A stretch of DNA of 64,000 bases from Cyanophora paradoxa CCMP329. Its lineage: Eukaryota; Plantae; Glaucophyta. Where the stretch lies: the NCBI GenBank assembly GCA_004431415.1, contig QPMI01000284.1:224-64223 (forward strand). Reading direction: 5' to 3'. Position numbers and translations under genes: made by a program. Below, in pieces: positions 10,901 to 21,821 of the stretch; position 1 is the first letter of the stretch; every line of letters begins with the position of its first letter. The notes beneath the pieces are model-generated. The model made no database searches and was not told the origin of the DNA. It was given only the letters and a program-made list of their open reading frames with translations.

Positions 10901-13900
10901 GCCGCCCCCTTCGACCTCAACGCGACCCGCGCCGGCCTCTGGGCCGCCGCGCGCGAGCTGGCCGCCCTCCACGCCTCCCTGCACGCCCCGGCCTCGGGCC
11001 TCGGGCTCGACGCCGTGCGCGGCGTCGCCGGCATCGAGGCGCGCGTGAGGGAGCACCTCGGCCCGGGCGCCCGCCCGCCCTTCCTCGAGCGCTCCCGGCC
11101 CCTCTTCGACCTCGGCAACAAGGTCCGTCTGCCCGCTTGCGTCGCTCGAGCCGCTTGCGGAGGCGCTGTGCAGTTCGCGCGGCGGGCGGCGGACGTGGCG
11201 GCGATGCCGGTTGCGGACCTCGCCTCCGCCCCCTCGAACCCCTACTTCCGCTTCGTCGTCGACGCCGGGCCCCGCGTGCCTGCCCCGCCCTCGCCTCCAG
11301 CCTGCCCGCCCCCGCCTCGCCCGAGAGCGCCGCCAGGCGGTGACCGAGGCGTTCGGGGCGGCGGTGGAGCTGGTGGTGCGGGGGGCGGCGGTGCGGGCGT
11401 GGCGGGAGGCCCTGCTGCTCGCTGCGGCGGCCCTGGCTGCCTGCCTCGCGCTGGCGGCCGTGCGGCGGCACCTGGTGCGGCCCCTCGTCGCCGGCCTCGA
11501 GCAGGAGCGCCGCACCGCCCTCTCCCTCTTCCTCTCCATCCCCCGCCCCGAGTCCGCGCCGCGCGCGCCTCTGGCCCCCGGGCCCCTCCGGCCCGGCTCG
11601 CCTCACGGGGCCGCAGGATGGCGCGGCTGGTGGAGTCGCTGGAGGCGGCGCTGCGGGCGCTGGAGGCCGACCTGCGCGCCTCGGCCCCCGCCGACGAGGC
11701 GGACGAGGGCGACGAGACCGATGCCGAGGCCGACCCCGAGCCGCCGGCCTCGGGGGGCCACGCGCAGGCCACACCCCCGCCCCGACGACCCCGCCGCCAC
11801 GCCTCCCGCCCGGCCCCGCCCCTCGCACCCCGGCCCTCTCCACCGATTCAGACGTGAGAACTAAGCTGTGCTCTCGCCCGCCTTCCTGGGCCGCACCGAT
11901 CGCCGCGCAGGAGGAGGCGCGGCGGCGCGGGAGCGCCGCTGGAGGAGGGCGGCGGGGCTCGACGGAGCGGGCGCTGCTGGGGAGCGGCCCGCGTGGCGGC
12001 CGGCGGCCCCGGCGCCCTCGGCGGGGGCCCTCTCGATCGAGCGGCGGAGCGCGCGGGCCTGCGGGTGGCCGGCGCCGTCCTCGCGCTCATCGCGGCCGCC
12101 ACCCTCGCGCACGCCGCCTTCGCCTCCCTCCGCGGCGCCCGCGCCGTCGCCACCGTCGCCGCCGCCTCCCAGCGGTGCCCGCCCCGCCCGCCCGCCCTGC
12201 ACGCCGGCGGCGACGGCGGCGCAGGGCGGCGACGGCGGGGCGGCTGCACATGCTCGCGGTCGAGCTCGCTGCCTTCGACGCCGCCTCATGGCCTGCCGGC
12301 CCCGAGGAGCTCCGCCTCGAGCTCGCCCGCGCCCTCGCCCCCTGGAGGCCGCCGCCCCGCGCTCGCCCCCGCGCTGGCGCGCAACGCTGCCCTCCGGCCG
12401 CTGCTCTTCGGCCGCTCGCGGAGGCCCCGCCGGAGGGGCCGGGGCGGGCCCGCTGGCGGAGTACGCAGCCCTGGAGCCGCGCCTCTCCCGCCTCGCCGAC
12501 GAGGCCGCCGCCCTCCTCGCCGCCCCAGGCACGCCCCGCGCCCGCGCCCCGCCCCGCCCCTCCACGTCGGCCTCGTCACGTGGCGGGGCGCGCAGGGGCG
12601 GCGGGGAGCCTCGGGGACGGCCGCTTCCGCACCGTGAACGAGATGGCGCCCGCGGTGGGCGAGCAGCTGCAGGCGGCGGCGGGGGCGGCCGAGGGGGAGG
12701 CGGGGCGGGAGCTGCGCCGGGCGCTGGCCGTGCAGGGCGGCCTCTTCCAGCTCTTCGCGGCGGCGGCGCTCTGCTGCTTCTGCTTCTCGCTGCTGCCGTT
12801 CCTGCAGCGGCTGCAGGGGGAGGGGGAGACGACGCTCTCGCTGCTGACGATGATCCCCTTCGAGGTGCTCCAGAGCAACGACCTCCTCCGCAAGTTCCTC
12901 TCCCGCTCCGACGTGCCCCCGCCCGCCCCCCGCCCCTCCGGCCCCGCCCCGAGCGCGAGCCTTGGGCAGAGCCTGGAGGCGGAGAGCGTCGACCGCGCCC
13001 TCGAGGAGTCCCGCCAGGAGGCCCGCGCCCCCGCCCGCCCCGCCCGCCCCGCCCCTGCGCCCCGCGGGGCCGCGAGGCGCGGCGCGGCAGACGCGGATGG
13101 TGATGGAGTCCGTCTTCGTCGCCATCCTCGTCGTCGACAGCGGCGGTCCGGGATCCCACCCCGAGAGACGCCCCTCCCCTCCATCCCCGCACTCCATTCG
13201 CCCACGCCCCCTCCCCGCAGGGAGCGTCCTCTCGGCGAACCGCGCCGCCGAGGCGACCTTCGGCTACTCGCAGAGCGAGCTCGTCGGGTGCGGCCCGCGC
13301 CGGCCGGCCCGCTCGACGCCGGGGGCCGCTGAGGGGGCCTCCCCTTCCCTCCGCGCAGGCTCCCCGTGGACCGCATCCTCCCGCCCCAGTCCCTCCCGGA
13401 CTCGGGCGCCCCGCACTCGTGCCCGCGCACCCCGCGCCCCGCGCCCCGCCGCCTCGCCCGCAGGCCTCACGCAGGGCGCGCAGGGGCCTTCTCGTCGGGC
13501 GCCGCTACGAGCTCACGGGGGTGCGCAAGGAGGGGCAGGCCTTCGCTGCCGGCGTCGCCGTCACCGAGATGCGCCGGTGCGCCCGCGCCTGCCTCCGGCC
13601 CCGCCCGCGGCGCCGGCGGCGGCCGAGGGCGCCGCAGCGGTGAGCGGCTCTCGTACATCGCGTGCGTGGAGGACATCAGCGACCGGAAGGCGGCGGAGGC
13701 GGCGCTGCGGGCGTCGGAGGAGCGGACGCGCTCCATCCTGCAGGCGGCGCAGGACGGCATCGTCACCGCCGACGCCCGCGGCATCGTCTTCCAGGCCAAC
13801 GCCGCCGCGCACGCCATGTTCGGCTACCCCGAGGGGGGCCTCCTGGGGGAGCCCCTCTCCCGCGTCGTCCCCGCCCTCGGCGCGGGGGCGCCCCTCGGCG

Positions 13901-16900
13901 AGGCCCTCGCCGCCGCCGTCGGCGCGCCCCGGCAGCTCCCCGGCCGCCGCCGCAACGGCGACTCCTTCCCCCTCGAGCTCGCCCTCTCCGCCTTCCTCTC
14001 GCCGGTGCGCAGGGCCGCCCGCCCCCCCTGCGACGCCGAGCGGGGCGGGGGCAGGGGGCCGCGGGGCGGGCCTACACGGCCGTCCTGCGCGACGTCTCCG
14101 AGCGCCTCCGCTCCGAGGCCGCCATCCGGTGCCGCCCCCGCCCCGCCGCCCCGCGGGGCCGGGACGAGGGGGCGGGGGCGGTGCAGGGAGGCGGCGCGGC
14201 AGGCGCAGGCGTCGAACGACGCGAAGCGCTCATTTTTGGCGAACATCTCGCACGAGATCCGGACGCCGCTCAACGGGATCATCGGGATGTCGCAGCTGCT
14301 GCTGGAGACGCGGCTCGAGGGGGAGCAGCGGGAGTTCGCGGGGGTCATCCAGTCGTGCGCCACCTCGCTCCTCGGCATCGTCAACGACGTCCTCGACTTC
14401 TCCAAGGCGCGCCCCGCCCCCCGCAAGTCCCTCCCGCCCTCGTTTCTCCTGATCGCGGCGCCAGATCGAGGCGGGTAAGCTGGAGCTGGAGAACATCGGT
14501 GCCGCCGCCCGCACGCCCTCCTCCAGTGCCGTCTCCTCCTTTTCGACCCGGTCCCCTCGCAGAGTTCTCGCTCTCGTCGACGCTGGAGCACATTATGGAC
14601 TGCATCTCGCTGCAGGCGGGACCCCGCTCCCGATCTCCTCCTCCTGCTCGCCAGGGCACGCGAGGGCCTCGAGCGGGCCGGCGCAGGTTTTCCAGAAGGG
14701 ATTGGACGCGTACTGCCTGTGCGACGCCGGCGTGCCCGTGAACCTCCGCGGGGACCCCCAGCGCTTGTCCCAGATCCTGCTCAACTTCCTCAGCAACTCG
14801 TTGAAGTTCACGGTCCGCGCCGCGCCCTCCTCCCCCCGCCCCTTCGCACTGGTTCGAGCGGGGCGGGGTGGCAGAAGCGGGGCCACATCGCGCTGACGGT
14901 GCACGAGGAGCGGCGCGAGGGGGACGCCGCCGTGCTGCTCTTCCGCTGCTCCGACTCGGGGCCCGGCATCAAGGCCGAGGACCGCCAGAAGCTCTTCGTC
15001 CGGTCCCTCCTCCCCGCCCCCCATGTCTTCGCCTCTCGCGGCCCCCTGATGACGGCGGCGCGGCAGCTTCTCGCAGGTCGACTCGTCCGCCTCGCGCCGC
15101 CACGAGGGCACCGGCCTCGGGGTGCGCTGCTTCGACGTTCCCCGTGCGCGCGGCCTGCCGTGAACGCGTCGGGGCAGCTGGCGATCTCCAAGGAGCTGGC
15201 CGTGCTGATGGGGGGCGACATGGGCTGCGACTCCTTCTACGGCGAGGGGAGCGTCTTCTGGTTCACCGCCCGCTTCGCCGTCGTCGCCCCGGGCTGCGCC
15301 CTCGCCCCGCTTGCCGAGCTCGGGGCCCCCGCCGAGCCGGCGTGCGAGCCGTCGCCCGTCCCCGGCCTCGAGGCGGCCGTCCTGCACCCGCACCCGCACG
15401 TCGCCGCCCTAATCCGCGCCTTCCTCGCCTCCCTCGGCATCCCTGCCGCGCCCGCCCCGCCGGGCCCCCCCGAGGACCTCCCCCGCGCCCTCGCCGCCCT
15501 CGTCGCCCAGGCCCCGCCGCCCGCCTCGCGCCGCGCCCTCGTCGCCCTCGTCGACCCGCCGGCCGACCTCGCCCCCGCCCTCGCCGCCGACCTCGCGCGC
15601 GCCTGCGCCGGCCCCCCGGGCGCGCCCCGCCTCGCCGGCATCCTCGCGGCGCCGGCGCTGCAGGACGTGCGGCCGCTGCACCGGACGATGGCGGCGGCGG
15701 CGGCGGCGGCCGCCGTCCTCCGCAAGCCCCTCACCTCGGAGAAGCTGCGCGCCGCCCTCGTCGACGCCGTCCGCCTTGCCCGCGACGCCGCCGCCCCCGC
15801 GCCCCGACCCCGCCCCGCCCCGCCCCCGCGCGACGTCCTCATCGCCGCCGCCGACGACGAGGAGGAGGATGCGGCGTCGCCCGGCCTGGAGCCGGCGCAG
15901 CTCGAGCTCGCGCCGGGCGCCCATGCCTGCTCGCCGCGGCGCGGCTGCGGGCCGCTCCCCGCGGGGGCCTTCCGGAGCCCCGCGGCACGCGCCGCGATGG
16001 AGTCCCTCGCCGACGCCTCCCGCCGCGACTGCGCCCGCGGCGCCGCCGCCGCCGCAACCGCCGCCGCGGCGGCCCGCCTCGGCGCCGCCCCGGGCCCCGC
16101 GGCGCCCACGGCGGGGGGAGAGGCGGGGCGGGGCGGGACGGGCCGGGGAGGAGGTGCCACCCGTGGACGTCGCCCGCGCCGGCGCCTTCCGCACCGGCGG
16201 AGGCTCGCCCATGCGTCCGCCCCGGCGCCCCCGCTGCCCCGCCCCGCCTCTCTCACCCGAGCCGCAGTCCTCGCCGACTCGCACGCGGCGGCGGCGCCGC
16301 AGATGCCGCACCCGTCGCCGCCCTCGGCGCGCTCGGCGCGCTCGAGCAGCGACGGGACGCCCGAGGAGGCGGGGCGGAGCGTGGGCCACGCCGCGGGCGG
16401 CTACGGCGCCCTCTCCCAGGGGTCGCGGCCGGCAAGCGGGGAGGGCGGGGCGGGCGGGGCGGGGGCGACCGAGGGCCTCCGCGTGCTCCTCGCGGAGGAC
16501 AACAAGATCAACGCGAAGGCGCGCCCCTCGCCCTCCCCCACGCGCCCGCGCCCCTCGAGCCGCCGGCGCCGACGCTGGGAGGCGGGCAGATCGCGCGGCT
16601 GATGCTGGAGAAGCTGGGGATCGGGGTGGCGGTGGCGGAGAACGGGGCGCAGGCGGTGCGGGCCTTCCTCGAGGAGGGCCCCTGGGACCTCGTCCTCATG
16701 GACTGCTCCATGCCCGTCCTCGACGGGCCCGCCCCCCGCCCGCCCCCGAGCCGGCCCCGCGCCCCCTCCGACCCTACCCGCAGGTACGCGGCGTCGCGGC
16801 AGATCCGGGAGAGGGAGGCCGAGCTCGGCGCCCCCCGCACCCCCATCATCGCCCTCACGCACGCCCCGTCCCCGCCCCCGCCCGCCCGCCCCGGCCCCGG

Positions 16901-17258
16901 CCGCAGCGCTGACGCCGGTCGGCAGGGCGCATGCCTCGCAGGAGGACCGCAAGAAGTGCCTCGAGGCGTGCATGGACGGTGCGTCGGCCGGCGCGGGCCT
17001 TGCGCGGTGGCGCTCTGACCCTCCGCAGACTTTCTCACCAAGCCCGTCCTAAAGGAGACGATGCGCTCGATGATCGTCCAGTGGGCGCCCCGCAGGGGCC
17101 CCGGCCCCGAACCCGGCCCCACCCCCCCCGAGCCGGCCCCCGCGCACCCGCAGCGGGGCCTCGGCTCTCTCGGCGCCCTCCCCGCCGCCAGCCCCTCCGC
17201 GCAGGCCGAGCCGCCCGCCGCCCGTCCCGGCACCCCGATGGAGATCCACGAGGACTAG
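7981..17258 (+). CDS. Giant multi-TM hybrid histidine kinase: TmcB/C-like TM+TPR region, 2 PAS, HisKA, HATPase, pseudo-receiver, receiver
   Basis: [26 protein letters not shown] and [20 protein letters not shown] (Tmc-like TPR); [19 protein letters not shown] and [14 protein letters not shown]; [19 protein letters not shown] (~14233); [29 protein letters not shown]; [35 protein letters not shown]. Confidence 0.9.
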
Positions 17259-17803
17259 ATATATAGCACGCTCGCGTGGGCGGCGGTAGCGCTGCCGGTG
17301 CAGCCGCTCCGTCAAGCAGATCGCGATCGAGCGCTCTTGTAGAAAGGTTGCTAAGACGGCTTATTCTCGCGATCGTTTATCGAGACAAGCAGACTTGCCC
17401 GCCACCTGTAATTTGGGCCTCGTAGGGAAGAAGGAAAAGGACAAGAAAAGGAAGCATGTTAGCGATGTCCTCTTGCATTTGTACAATTTAGTCGTCGGCA
17501 TGCACACGTGAACGCATAGCTGTGCGAATGCGACCCTTCGCATTGCAGCCGCCCCGAAAGCCCCCGCGGACGACATCCCTCGCGACCGCGCCAAACGTCC
17601 CGTGCCTAGCCGGTGATCCAGAGAGCCGCTGCCGCTCAATCCTGACCCAGCAGAGGAGCCCAGAGCACACGCTGCTGCCCCAACGGCGCGCGCGCGTAAT
17701 GATGAGACGGGATCCCATTGATTGACATCGAATGGGAGGCAGGTGAGCAGTGTTGACAGAGCACGATCGAGAGCGGCGGCAGTCCACTCGAGAGCGGTAG
17801 AGC

Positions 17804-18637
17804 TTACGAGCTGGCGGCGGTGGCGCCCGAGGTGAGGCGCGCCTTCGACGCCTTCTTGGTCTTCTTCTTGCCCTCCTCCTCGGCCTTCTTCACCGGCTTG
17901 TCCTTCTCGGTGAGGATGAGCTCAATGTGAGCGGGGCACGCCATGTACGCTGCGCAATACGGGCAAACCCCGCCCGCACGTCAGCGACGCGAGGGGATGA
18001 CCGCGGCACGCCGGCCGGCCGCAAGTCAGGCCGGGACGCGTGGGGCAGCGCACGGTTGATGCGGCCGTGCGCGCGGTAGGTGCGGCGACGCTGCTTCTGC
18101 GCCTGGTTGACCTGGATGTGGGAGACGGCGAGGCTCTCGACGTCGAGGCCCTTGACCTGCGCAGGGACCCGCTCACGCTCTGCTCCAGCGCAGCTAACGA
18201 TCGCCAATGCCGCCCACCTCGGCGTTGCTCTCGGCGTTCTTCAGGAGGCCAAGAAGGAACTCAGCCGACTTCTTGGGCCACCGGCCCTGAGTCGCGCCGA
18301 ACTGCTTCGCCTGAGCGCAGCGGCCGACACCGCCGTTGTAGCGACGGAAGGGGACAGCCTGCTTCTTCTCGATGACGTCCTCGAGGAACTTCTGAGCCTT
18401 CTTCAGGCCCATGCCGCGGATCGCGAACGCGGTCTCGCGGGTGTTCTGCGTAGATCGCGGCAAGTCAGCTACGGAGGCGAGGACCGCGGCAGGACCGGCG
18501 TGACCTTGAAGTGAACACGGAGCTCAGAGCCCCGCGCCTTGCAGGCTGGGAGCGCATGCGTGAGAGGTGCAACAATGCGGGAGGGCGGTGGCCGTACACT
18601 TCGCCGGATTCTCGGGCTCCTTCGAGTACTTAACCAT
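17804..18637 (-). CDS. RPL17: 60S ribosomal protein L17 (uL22)
   Basis: [13 protein letters not shown]|..[12 protein letters not shown]|[12 protein letters not shown]...[13 protein letters not shown]...[12 protein letters not shown]|[13 protein letters not shown]. Confidence 0.97.
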
Positions 18638-19183
18638 CTTGCCTGCCTGCCTGCACCCCGCTTAGCCCCGAATGGTGCAAGAGATGCCGATCCCGAACCT
18701 TTTACTGCGTACCCCACGGAAAAAAACCGAGTCGGCATCTTCCGACGCCACTGGGCGCGTCGATTGCGTTCCGGTAGCGTTACAGCTACGAGCGCGTACG
18801 TGGAGCCTCAGCGCAGAGTTCTCCCCCCTTGCGCGCAGCTTTGTGAGCAAGCCAGCGTTCGCCCCCCTCAGCTCCTCGGCTGTCCCCCGATATCAATTCC
18901 AGAAGCAGCTGCAGGCAGGCGCCGGCGCGCCTATATCTAGCTATAGGCTTCAAGACCTTCGGCGCGAGCACGCTTACGACGTCGACGAGGAAGTCTCCCA
19001 AGTTTCAAGTCCATCGAAAAGCTCCAGCGAGTGCATACGCACGAGCTGTAGTACTAGAACTGTGGCATGTTCGAATTACACATCGACGACGCCCTGCTGC
19101 CGCTGTGGGGCAGCCTGCACATGCTATGGTACAATCTAAAGTACATATTTGCGAGCGGAGGGGCCTGCTCGAGGCGATTGCGG

Positions 19184-21577
19184 CTAGGCGGCTGGCGGGT
19201 CGGGCGGCGGGGCGTCGACGTCGGGGCCGCTTGCGGGCGGGGTGCGGTAGGGGGCGGCCTCGCGGAGGAACTCGATGGTGAGGTCCACCTCGTCGGCCTC
19301 CATCTTCACAAATCTGCCCGAGCGCGCCCCCTCGAGCTTCCTCCTCGAGTTCCGCCCCGGGGGAGGGGCCGCGGCCGGACTGTGGGCACCTTTCGACGGC
19401 GGAGCGGAGCGGGGCGCTCGTGAGGTAGTGCAGCGAGTGCGTCGCCCTCGGCTCGAAGCCGCGCACGAACTGCTCGCCCCCTCAGGGGGCCGCCAGGGGC
19501 GCAGGGCGCGGCCCGGCGGAGCGGGGGGCGGGGCGGCCGCGTGCCTTGTGGTTCTGGGACTCGCCGCCGGCGCCGGGCTCCATGCGGGCCACGCCGGCCC
19601 CGATGCAGTGCTCGATCGAAGCGTAGTAGCACGCCTCGAAATGTAGGTTCTGATGACCGCGTTAGCGCTCCAAATCTACGTGTTAGCGCTCGCTTCTGCC
19701 TAAGGCTGCCACGCGCACCTTGATCTCCTCGTAGGCGCCCCAGTAGCGGCCTGCGCGGCGGCTCGGACGGGAGGGCGGGGCGGGCGGGCGGGGCGGGGCG
19801 GGCCGTAGAGGACGCCGGCCTTGGAGAAGTTGACGGTGCCGGCGATGACCTCGCCGTCCCGCCGCGCCCGCAGGAACCGCACGTTGTGCCGGAAGCGCTC
19901 GTGCAGCAGCTCGAAGAAGCGCCGGCTCAGGTACTGCCGGCCCCATTGCTGCGCCCCGCGTCAGAGGCGGCGAGGGACGAGGAGGGGGATGCAGGGGCGC
20001 GCCTTCGCGACGGTCGTTCGGTAGAGCCTGCGGGGAGACGTGCGGCGCGGGAGTAAGTATCAGAGACCAGGAAAATTCGAGCGCACCCCCTCCCCCCGCA
20101 GAAGCAGACGCGGGTACCGGTACATCTCGTCGAAGTCGGCGGGGGTGAGGTCGTCCCCCCCGAGGACGTCGATCTCGATGCCGGCCTCGGCCACCGACCG
20201 CCGCTCCCGCTTCACCGCGATCCGCTTCTTGCTCTTGTACGTCCCGAGGTAGTCTGCCGCGGAGCTGCGGCGGGGGCGCCGGGCGAGGGGAGGGGCGTCG
20301 AGGGGCGCGCACCGTCGAAGGTCTCGTAGCTGCGGTTGTGCCAGTGGTACTGGATGCCCTGCCGGTGGAGAAAGCCGGCGGCCTCGAGCGGCTCGATCTC
20401 GTCCTGCGCCGCCCGTCAGCCGAGCGAGCCTCGGGGCGCAGCGGCCGGGGCGGGGCGGGGCGGGGCGGGGCGGGGTCGCCTCCTCGCAGAAGTTGACGTG
20501 CACGCCCGACATCCCGTTCGACTCGCACGCCTGCGCCCCCCCGCCGCCTCGTCCCGCGCGCCGGGCGCCGCGCGGGCCGGCGCGGCGGGGCCGCACGTGA
20601 CGCAGGGCCACCGCGACGAGCTTCAAGAACGCGGGGCGATCGACCTAGGGCCCGGCTCCGGGTGTCAGTCCCTCCTCGCGGGGCCCGAGGAGGGGGCGGC
20701 GGCGCACCTCGGGGTGCGTGAGGATGCGGCGGGCGGCCTGCAGAGGGCGGTGAGGGGCCGCAGAGAAGGGCAGAGGGGGGGTGGTGCGGGGCGCGCACGT
20801 GGGGGGTGAAGGGGACGCCGACGAGGAGCTTCGGGTAGTACTCGACCCCGAGCTGGTAGACCGCCGCCTGCGCCCACATTTGGTCGAACACGAACTCCCC
20901 TGCGCCCCCCGCGTCGGCGCCGGGGAGCAAGGGGCGGGGCGGGGCGGAGGCCAAGGGTCGCCGAGTCGTTGACCTTGTGAGTGCATCTTCGCGTACATGG
21001 GACAAGCGGCGACGAGGCGGCCGCCCTTCTTCTCGCGCACGAGCAGGTGGTTGGGGCTCCAGCCCGTGCGCGGCTCGGCGCAGCCGGCCTCCTCCAGCGA
21101 GAGCAAGAACGAGTGCTCGAGGAAGCAGGAGCCCTGGGGGCCGACCATCACGTCCCACTCCGCGGCAGCCACGTCGCCCATGGCATTGACCACGCCTATC
21201 TCGTACGCGTCGACGTCGATGCCGAGGCCGCCCTCTTCCGCCTTGGCCGGCTTTAAACGCGCCTCGTCCACCGCCGCCGCAGCTTCCTCCACCTTAGCGC
21301 GCCTTATTTCATCGGACGCCGACGCTGTGGCTTTCTGCTCCTTCCGCCCGGCGTCGGCCGAACAGACCAGCACGCGGCGGACGGCCAGCGGCGCGCTCGC
21401 GGTCGGCAGGCGCGCCGATGCCAGCGCTGCGCTGAAGCTGAGCGCTGTGCGCCTCCGTGCCGTCGAGGCGCGCAGGGCCCGGCTCGCTGGAGCCGCTGGA
21501 GCCGACGCCGCCGTCGCGCGGACGACGGCATGCCCACGGGCCAGCGCCGGCGCCGGCGCGACGGTCACGAACGCCAT
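19184..21577 (-). CDS. Plastid-targeted FemAB-like GNAT-fold protein (PF04339-type, peptidoglycan biosynthesis/recognition family)
   Basis: MAFV transit peptide; FLEHSFLLSLEEAGC..TGWSPNHL, PMYAKMHSQGEFVFDQMWA, YYPKLLVGVPFTP, QYHWHNRSY, YGRYWG, HFEACYY, EPGAGG..HK..RGFEP. Confidence 0.88.
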
Positions 21578-21821
21578 CTAGACTACAGCTATAGCGATAG
21601 CCCGCCGCCACCGGTAGCACCGCTCTGTCCGCGCGCCTTGTTCCCCCTTCACTCCTTCCCCCACTCCGTTCCTCCCCCCGCCCAGTATTTCCCCCCCTGC
21701 GATCTCCAGGGCGCGACGTCGACGAGCGCATGCGGGCCGCACTGTCGGATCGTGCAGCAGGTTGCAAAGAGGAAAGGGTTCCAAAAGAAGAGGGCGGGAG
21801 TGGGGGGGAGCGGGGCGGGGG

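Noticed and set aside
13660-17100. Bacterial contamination suggested by the histidine kinase
   Set aside because: The gene is interrupted by many host-style introns and flanked by eukaryotic genes
17699-17780. Possible C/D snoRNA (ATGATGA box) beside RPL17
   Set aside because: No downstream CTGA D box or terminal stem, and it lies antisense to the RPL17 3' UTR
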